Shown in pieces: positions 19,622 to 26,387 of a stretch of DNA of 26,387 bases. The stretch's first letter is position 1. Each line of letters starts with the position of its first letter. Location: NCBI GenBank assembly GCA_029932605.1, contig JAOZPT010000035.1:1-26387 (forward strand), read 5' to 3'. The notes under the pieces are model-generated. The model worked only from the letters and a program-made list of their open reading frames with translations. It did not search any database and was not told the DNA's origin. Position numbers and translations under genes: made by a program. This DNA comes from Candidatus Zixiibacteriota bacterium (GTDB taxonomy: Bacteria; Zixibacteria; MSB-5A5; UBA10806; 4484-95).

Positions 19622-19649
19622 TTGAAAAAATATTTATTGATCATATAAT
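19622..19649 (+). promoter_or_regulatory. Possible sigma70 promoter of the asnB-like gene
   Basis: TTGAAA, 16 nt, TATAAT, then AAGGA and the ATG at 19668. The very AT-rich context lowers specificity. Confidence 0.5.
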
Positions 19650-19667
19650 AAAAAACAAGGATTATAT

Positions 19668-21527
19668 ATGCCTGGTTTATTCGGACTTATAAGGAAAAGA
19701 GCTAATAACAAAAAAGCCAACGAGAGCCTTATAAGGAGCATGTTGAACTGGCTTTCCCATAATGAGCAATATGTTAGTGATACTTATGTTGATGATTGGT
19801 TTGCTCTGGGAAATATCGGCCTGCAAGTTCCCGGGGAACAAAGGTTTGTTATAGATGTCAACCAACAAATATCGGCTGCCTTTTCGGGATATATCTACAG
19901 TTGGAAAAATATGGAATCCAGATTGGTAACCCCAACTTTAGATAAGTCTGGACGCCTGATAGAGTTATTCAAAAAATATCATCATGAACTACCTGAGAAA
20001 ATCGATGGTTCTTTCAATATAGCTGTATTTGATATGGCTTCAAAAAAGGCGTTAATCTGTAATGACAGGTTTGGACACCGTCAGCTTTACTATTACGAGG
20101 ATGATGAACTTTTCCTATTTTCAGCTGAGATGAAAGCGTTTCTGGCCTATCATAGATTTTCCAAGAATTTAGATTTAAAAGCTGTATCCGATTTTTTTAA
20201 TTACGGTTTTTTACTTGGTGATAAGACCTTCTTCGAAAATGTAAAACTACTTAAAGGTGGTCATATAATAAGCTTCCAAAACCACCGTATTAAGCATAAG
20301 CAGTATTGGGATTACCGATTTGGTGAAGAGTCAAAACAGAACATAGATGAACTGATAGAAGAAGCCGATTCGATTTATTGCAATACAATCAAAAATAGAA
20401 TTGGTACAGCCAAAGACATAATTATCCCCCTTTCTGGAGGGTTAGACTCAAGGTTTATCACAGGTCATGCAATGCGTCTTGGTGTTCAACCCCATGTATT
20501 TACCCATGGCCAAAGAAAATGCCTCGATTACCGCATAGCCAAAAGAGTAATTGATGTTCTAGGCATCACGAATTACAAATTTATAAAGATAGACCCGCTC
20601 TGGTTGCCGGACTATACTGAGAAATTTATCTTCCTAACCGATGGCATGGTTGATTCAAGTCCGGCAATTCTTCTTGGTATAAGCAAACAGTACGACCTTC
20701 CAGCCGAGTCGACCGTATTTTTAAACGGTATATTCGGTACAGCTGGTCACTTCAGCACGGCTTTTTTCAAACAACAGGATATAGTCGACAATTTAAGTTA
20801 TGAGGAAAAACTGCGCAGGGTAAGACGCACACTTACCGGAGATTATATTAATGATGAATATTACAAACCGTTTCAAGAAGATATCAAAGAAGAAATAAGA
20901 AATAACTATCTCTCAAGCATCGAGGAGGAATTTTCCCATTGTCTTAATACTTCTACGCTTTTTTGTAATCAGAAAGATGTATTTTTCATTAAAAATGACC
21001 AGTTTCGTCATATGAACCAGGTAGACTGCAATCGTTTCATATGGCATGACCATTTTGCTTTAGTTGACGACCGGTTAGTCGATTTCTATATCAAACTCCC
21101 TTCCTGGTTAAAGCCATCGCGAACTTTCTTGATTGAATATTTCAAAATCAAATTTCCCGATCTAGCCAAAATCGCCTACCAGGCAACAGGAGTTGACCTT
21201 TATCACAAGCCTTCGATGTTCAAATTAAAATATAGAATGTATAAATATAAAATCAGATACTACCTCGAAAGGCTTTCCAGGGGACAACTAATACTATATA
21301 ACATGAATAACTACCTTCACTTCAATCAATGGTACCGATCCCATAAGAAAATCCGCAAATATTTCGAAGAGATATTATTAGATAAAAAAACGATAAACCG
21401 AGGATATTATAACAAAGATTATTTAGAATATCTTCTTACCCGTCAACGAAAAGGTGGCGACTCTTTTTATGTTCTCTCTTCACTTCTTTCGTTTGAAATA
21501 TTCAACAGGCTTTTTATCGATACTTGA
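19668..21527 (+). CDS. Asparagine synthetase B-like ATP-dependent amide ligase with a degenerate glutaminase domain
   Basis: DGSFNIA, NDRFGHRQLYY, FSAEMKA and the PP-loop PLSGGLDSR. N-terminus is MPGLFG instead of MCGI.G. Confidence 0.88.
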   Translation: MPGLFGLIRKRANNKKANESLIRSMLNWLSHNEQYVSDTYVDDWFALGNIGLQVPGEQRFVIDVNQQISAAFSGYIYSWKNMESRLVTPTLDKSGRLIELFKKYHHELPEKIDGSFNIAVFDMASKKALICNDRFGHRQLYYYEDDELFLFSAEMKAFLAYHRFSKNLDLKAVSDFFNYGFLLGDKTFFENVKLLKGGHIISFQNHRIKHKQYWDYRFGEESKQNIDELIEEADSIYCNTIKNRIGTAKDIIIPLSGGLDSRFITGHAMRLGVQPHVFTHGQRKCLDYRIAKRVIDVLGITNYKFIKIDPLWLPDYTEKFIFLTDGMVDSSPAILLGISKQYDLPAESTVFLNGIFGTAGHFSTAFFKQQDIVDNLSYEEKLRRVRRTLTGDYINDEYYKPFQEDIKEEIRNNYLSSIEEEFSHCLNTSTLFCNQKDVFFIKNDQFRHMNQVDCNRFIWHDHFALVDDRLVDFYIKLPSWLKPSRTFLIEYFKIKFPDLAKIAYQATGVDLYHKPSMFKLKYRMYKYKIRYYLERLSRGQLILYNMNNYLHFNQWYRSHKKIRKYFEEILLDKKTINRGYYNKDYLEYLLTRQRKGGDSFYVLSSLLSFEIFNRLFIDT

Positions 21528-21617
21528 TATTACCCTTTACCAACATACCTTTGTATTTAAAAACCATTTTAAACACCCGTATTCAGTCGGAGATGTTAGC
21601 GTCACAATATTAAAATT

Positions 21618-23090
21618 TTACAGATTGAGTTTTCTTGTTTTTATTATTTGTTTAAATTTACTCAGTTCATCCTCGGTGAAAAACCGCATTATATACAAAA
21701 CAAACGGATAACAACAACCCCAAATTCCTCTGATGGCCATATTAATCCAGATAGATCCAGTTTGCAAATGAACAATAACAAAATACATGGCAAAAGCAGT
21801 AACAAATAATAGCGTTACTCTTTTCCATTCCATATGTATTTTATAAAACTTATTTGAAAAATAATAAGTAAGGCTTACTTTGAATATATAACAGATTAAC
21901 ACAGCAAATGCTGCACCCCAGATATCATATCTTTTGATCAGGATATAATTCAATGAAAGATTAAGTATTGCATTGATAATATTAATATATGCAACATACT
22001 TGGTAGCCTTTTTCATCAGGATACCAACATTGAAATGATAATGAAAAGAAAAAACGATGTATGATAGGACTATAATTGGGACAACTTTATAAGAGGGCCA
22101 GAATAGTTCTGTGGCCATTATTCTTATAACATCTTTAGCTAAAAGCGATATTAAAAGGCCGACGAATAAACTTAAAGCACAAAAATACGTAAAAATTCTT
22201 GCATAAATCCGGTCTGAGTCCTCTTTTTTAAAATACTCAAATCTTCGCGGGTACCAGATTTGAATAAATGGTGATGTAACGAATTGATTGACTAGAATGC
22301 CAAATTTATATCCCAATGAATAAAGCCCTGTAAGCGACATACTGGCATAGTGCTTGATAAAATAGCGGTCAGATGCCTGCACAACATAAGCAGAAATATT
22401 TGACGGAATAAGCGGTAAACCAAATTTGATCATCTGAATCAAAAGCTTGTAATTGGTTTTTAACCCCACTTGACTCAACGTATACAAACCCAAGATAATT
22501 GTAAATAAGGCATTAGTTATCAGGGTGGATAAGAGTATTCCATAAACTCCTTTTTTAGCAAACACCACGAAATAGATATTCAATCCCAAAGCTGTAACCG
22601 TTCTTAAAATGGAAAACACCATAAGTAAAACAGATTTTTGTCGAACTCTCAAATAAACATAAGCAATATGAATAATCATATCCAATGCCAGAGCTATCAT
22701 AGCCACTACAAAAAACATAGCATAATCAGATGAATCTAAAATGTTTTTAGCCATCTGCTCTGAAAATGGAAGCAATAGAAATAAAATTACAAGGATCATA
22801 CTTCCATATCCCAATATGGCTGTGCTGATCACCTTATTACGCGATTTTTGGTTATCGTAATCAAAATAAAACCGGCTTACAGCAGTTTCGATACCAAGAC
22901 CGACTATCATACCAATGAAATTAATAGTCATGTAGATAAGTTCCAGAACTCCATAATCGGCCGGGGTTAAAAATCTGGTATATACTGGTATCATTAAAAA
23001 CCCAACAACCCTGTCTAATATGTTCGCCAAACCATAAACAGCGGAGTGCCTGGCGATTACTTTTGCTTCGCTTCCAACAGACTGAACCAT
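21618..23090 (-). CDS. wzx: Wzx oligosaccharide flippase (MOP superfamily)
   Basis: Many TM helices; PVYTRFLTPADYG, FGLPL, SDRYFI, GLYSLGYKF. Confidence 0.9.
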   Translation of the reverse strand: MVQSVGSEAKVIARHSAVYGLANILDRVVGFLMIPVYTRFLTPADYGVLELIYMTINFIGMIVGLGIETAVSRFYFDYDNQKSRNKVISTAILGYGSMILVILFLLLPFSEQMAKNILDSSDYAMFFVVAMIALALDMIIHIAYVYLRVRQKSVLLMVFSILRTVTALGLNIYFVVFAKKGVYGILLSTLITNALFTIILGLYTLSQVGLKTNYKLLIQMIKFGLPLIPSNISAYVVQASDRYFIKHYASMSLTGLYSLGYKFGILVNQFVTSPFIQIWYPRRFEYFKKEDSDRIYARIFTYFCALSLFVGLLISLLAKDVIRIMATELFWPSYKVVPIIVLSYIVFSFHYHFNVGILMKKATKYVAYINIINAILNLSLNYILIKRYDIWGAAFAVLICYIFKVSLTYYFSNKFYKIHMEWKRVTLLFVTAFAMYFVIVHLQTGSIWINMAIRGIWGCCYPFVLYIMRFFTEDELSKFKQIIKTRKLNL

Positions 23091-23297
23091 GGATTATTAA
23101 TAACCTTTATAGCATATTATTGGATACACATCTTCCTTTAAATCATTATTGGCATAATGCAAAAAATATTTATAAAATTCTCAATTATTTTCCTTAAAGT
23201 CAATTAGGTTAATTTAATATACATTAAATTGGCATATCAAGATTTCCTTACAATGACCAAATTGAATACTCCAATTTTGACATAATAAATAAACAAA

Positions 23298-24773
<1,476 letters not shown>

Positions 24774-24780
24774 TCAATTT

Positions 24781-24804
24781 AAAAAAACCGGCATACTGCC
24801 GGTT
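24781..24804 (-). terminator. Intrinsic terminator-like hairpin between the zinc-ribbon gene and guaB
   Basis: Minus strand AACCGGCA-GTA-TGCCGGTT followed by TTTTT. Confidence 0.75.
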
Positions 24805-24832
24805 GCTTACATCAAACCATAATTAAAGCAAA

Positions 24833-25543
24833 TTATTCTTCATTAACCCAGATCAATATCCTTCCACAGCTATCACAGGTATAGATTCTATCTCCTCGCC
24901 GTATCTGTTGAATCATTTGCGGTGGAATGTGCTTAAAACATCCTCCACAGGCTTTTTTGCGAAGAGGAACAACCGCCATCCCACCTTTACCTTTACGAAT
25001 TCTTTCATAAAGTATCAAGGCTTTGCGATCGATCGTCTTTGTTAATCCCCGACGTTGTTCCTGCTTGTCTGCTATCTTGGACTCAAGAGAAGCCAATTCA
25101 TTTCTTAAATTATCAAGATGTGTCTTATTCGTTTTCCTTATTTCTTTAAGTTTTAACTCAAGTTCAGAGATATTTTCGTTGCACTCGTCGATAATACCCA
25201 TCAACTTTAATATCTCATCCTCATTATCACCTATCTTCTGTTTTTTACTATCGATTTCTCCAACTAAAGCGTCATACTCTTTGTTGGTTTTGATTACTTT
25301 CATCTGATCTTGATATTTTGCCAGTTTTAGTCTGTCTTCTTCTACATCTAACTCGATTTGCTTCTGTTTTTTCTTCGACTCTACAAGTTTCTCTTTGTTT
25401 TCTTGCAACTTTTCTTCTAGCGTTTTCATCTCTTTAGTAATGTTTTCAATCATTTCTGGCAAATAAACCTTTGATCTTTCAAGCTCGCCAAGCTGTTCAT
25501 CAATATCTTGAAGGTCTAAAAGCGCATTTAATACTTCTTTCAT
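24833..25543 (-). CDS. Coiled-coil protein with a C4 zinc ribbon (COG1579/DUF164; HP0958-FlgZ/CT398-CdsZ family)
   Basis: LQDID, a long coiled coil, KTNKEYDAL..EI, YERIR, CGGC...IPPQ...CDSCGRIL; RBS GAGG. Confidence 0.93.
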   Translation of the reverse strand: MKEVLNALLDLQDIDEQLGELERSKVYLPEMIENITKEMKTLEEKLQENKEKLVESKKKQKQIELDVEEDRLKLAKYQDQMKVIKTNKEYDALVGEIDSKKQKIGDNEDEILKLMGIIDECNENISELELKLKEIRKTNKTHLDNLRNELASLESKIADKQEQRRGLTKTIDRKALILYERIRKGKGGMAVVPLRKKACGGCFKHIPPQMIQQIRRGDRIYTCDSCGRILIWVNEE

Positions 25544-25554
25544 ATTTTATCCTC

Positions 25555-25587
25555 AAAATAAAAAGGTGCGCAAATCGAAGCGCACCT
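25555..25587 (-). terminator. Intrinsic terminator downstream of the tRNA pair
   Basis: Minus strand AGGTGCGC-TTCGATTT-GCGCACCT followed by TTTTATTTT. Confidence 0.8.
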
Positions 25588-25680
25588 AAAAAAAGATAGT
25601 TTTTTCAAGGGGATGAATCTGATTTTATTTTTTATCTCAGGATTTTTCATCCACCCTTGCTTTCTGTTTGTTTTCAATAG

Positions 25681-25754
25681 TGGGCAATACTGGATTTGAA
25701 CCAGTGACCTTTCGGATGTGAACCGAACGCTCTAACCAACTGAGCTAATCGCCC
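25681..25754 (-). tRNA. tRNA-Val (CAC), CCA not encoded
   Basis: GGGCGAT/ATTGCCC acceptor stem, TAGCTCAGTTGGTTAGAGC D arm, TTCGG-TTCACAT-CCGAA anticodon arm, GGTTCAAATCC T arm. Confidence 0.96.
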
Positions 25755-25762
25755 TTCCCCGG

Positions 25763-25836
25763 TGGGCCCACCAGGATTCGAACCTGGGACCCACTGATTA
25801 TGAGTCAGTTGCTCTAACCAGCTGAGCTATGGGCCC
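25763..25836 (-). tRNA. tRNA-Ile2 (CAT, lysidine-modified); Met identity less likely
   Basis: GGGCCCA/TGGGCCC acceptor stem with C4-G69 and C5-G68 (TilS determinants), ACTGA-CTCATAA-TCAGT anticodon arm, GGTTCGAATCC T arm. Lacks the initiator C1:A72 mismatch and the three G-C anticodon-stem pairs. Confidence 0.92.
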
Positions 25837-25851
25837 ATCACTATCTTAATA

Positions 25852-25880
25852 ATATTAAAATATCAAATAAAATAAGTCAA
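25852..25880 (-). promoter_or_regulatory. Sigma70 promoter of the tRNA pair
   Basis: TTGACT (25880-25875), 17 nt, TAATAT (25857-25852); the -10 box ends 15 nt before the tRNA 5' end. Confidence 0.7.
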
Positions 25881-26049
25881 CCCCTTTTCTATAGAAATGA
25901 ATCCTATCTCATATACACATTAAAAATAAACAAGAACAGACAACTAACACGCCCCCACTAATAAAATAAAAAAATTGATATAGCTATTTAACATACATAA
26001 CCCCTCATCAAAGAAGCTCAATTTTCAAATAATTTATCATAATTAAATT

Positions 26050-26083
26050 AAAATGGGAGCCACTTTTTTTAAAGCGGCCCCCA
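26050..26083 (-). terminator. Intrinsic terminator of the putative sRNA
   Basis: 13-bp stem TGGGGGCCGCTTT/AAAGTGGCTCCCA with an AAAA loop, then TTTTAATTT. Its two G-U pairs form only on the minus strand. Confidence 0.75.
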
Positions 26084-26118
26084 CCCAAAGTAACTGAGGG
26101 GAGAGAAGCAAACTTCAA
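26050..26118 (-). ncRNA. Putative sigma54-dependent small RNA (~67-69 nt)
   Basis: Bounded by a consensus -24/-12 promoter and a terminator; no ATG inside; contains the tract GCUUCUCUCCCCUCAG. Confidence 0.62.
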
Positions 26119-26128
26119 TTAATTGTTA

Positions 26129-26145
26129 AGCAATACTCGTGCCAA
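26129..26145 (-). promoter_or_regulatory. Sigma54 (RpoN) promoter
   Basis: TTGGCACGAGTATTGCT matches YTGGCACGRNNNTTGCW exactly. GG at 26143-26142 and GC at 26131-26130 predict +1 near 26118. Confidence 0.85.
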
Positions 26146-26235
26146 TCTAATAGTATATCTTTAAGAATATAACATACTACATAACAATAAATTAAGTTGA
26201 GCATCCCTGAAAAATGATATAAATTTATAGGATTT

Positions 26236-26335
26236 TGTTATAAATATTCACAAGTAACCCCGTTTTCTTTAAGATAAAGAAACATAGACAAAATAATTGA
26301 GTGTTAAAATCATTACAGTGTTATAAATTATAACA
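26236..26335. promoter_or_regulatory. Cluster of TGT-N10/11-ACA sites; candidate bacterial enhancer-binding-protein UAS
   Basis: TGTTATAAATATTCACA (26236-26252), TGTTAAAATCATTACA (26302-26317) and TGTTATAA-A-TTATAACA (26319-26335), located about 120-220 nt upstream of the sigma54 start. Confidence 0.55.
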
Positions 26336-26354
26336 ATAATTATGGGTATGTCAA
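26327..26354 (-). promoter_or_regulatory. Consensus sigma70 promoter with an extended -10
   Basis: TTGACA (26354-26349), 16 nt ending in TGT, TATAAT (26332-26327). Confidence 0.65.
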
Positions 26355-26387
26355 TTATTTCATATGCGCTTTTAACTGAGTAACCTT

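Noticed and set aside
23149..23240. Two TTGGCATA motifs resembling sigma54 -24 boxes
   Set aside because: Neither has GC at the -12 position, and both point away from wzx.
19552..23262. Shared motifs AATGACCAAAT (19552, 23252) and AATTATTTTCCT (19591, 23183) flanking the asnB-like/wzx pair
   Set aside because: These 11-12-mers sit in extremely AT-rich spacers in inconsistent order, so they fit neither a target-site duplication nor inversion ends; chance is a sufficient explanation.
25681..25836. tRNA-anchored genomic island or prophage
   Set aside because: No integrase or duplicated tRNA 3' end was seen, and the tRNAs are followed by housekeeping genes.
26235..26253. Rex operator (TTGTGAA-N4-TTCACAA)
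   Set aside because: Only one half-site matches well and the element spans 19 bp rather than 18.
26224..26313. 29-aa minus-strand ORF MILTLNYFVYVSLSLKKTGLLVNIYNKIL behind the sigma70 promoter
   Set aside because: No SD, composition is that of AT-rich spacer DNA, and it overlaps the putative operator boxes.
26355..26387. 3' end of an upstream minus-strand gene (KVTQLKAHMK*), possibly a sigma factor
   Set aside because: Only 10 codons are visible, too little to support a call.

Overview
AT-rich bacterial window, nearly all on the minus strand. Bases 1-23090 hold a large surface-polysaccharide/glycan locus. It has four GT4 and two GT2 glycosyltransferases, a CE4 deacetylase, a DegT-type aminotransferase, a FemAB-like GNAT protein, an O-antigen ligase/Wzy-like protein, and a pair of atypical alpha/beta-hydrolases of the type normally linked to exosortase A/PEP-CTERM loci. 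It also has an SGNH protein, an FN3+dockerin protein, rmlA-C-B-D, a Wzx flippase, and an AsnB-like amide ligase that has lost its glutaminase Cys (the only plus-strand gene). A housekeeping block follows: guaB, a C4 zinc-ribbon coiled-coil protein (HP0958/CT398 family), tRNA-Val(CAC) and tRNA-Ile2(CAT). The dockerin style suggests an FCB-related lineage such as Zixibacteria (inference only). The most striking unannotated signal is at 26050-26354. A perfect sigma54 promoter (TTGGCACGAGTATTGCT) drives a ~68-nt non-coding RNA with a C/U-rich anti-Shine-Dalgarno tract and an intrinsic terminator. Upstream lie TGT-N10/11-ACA enhancer-like palindromes, one overlapping a consensus sigma70 promoter. 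This looks like an undescribed enhancer-controlled sRNA. No CRISPR array, transposase or integrase was seen. All family calls come from motif recognition by eye, not database searches.
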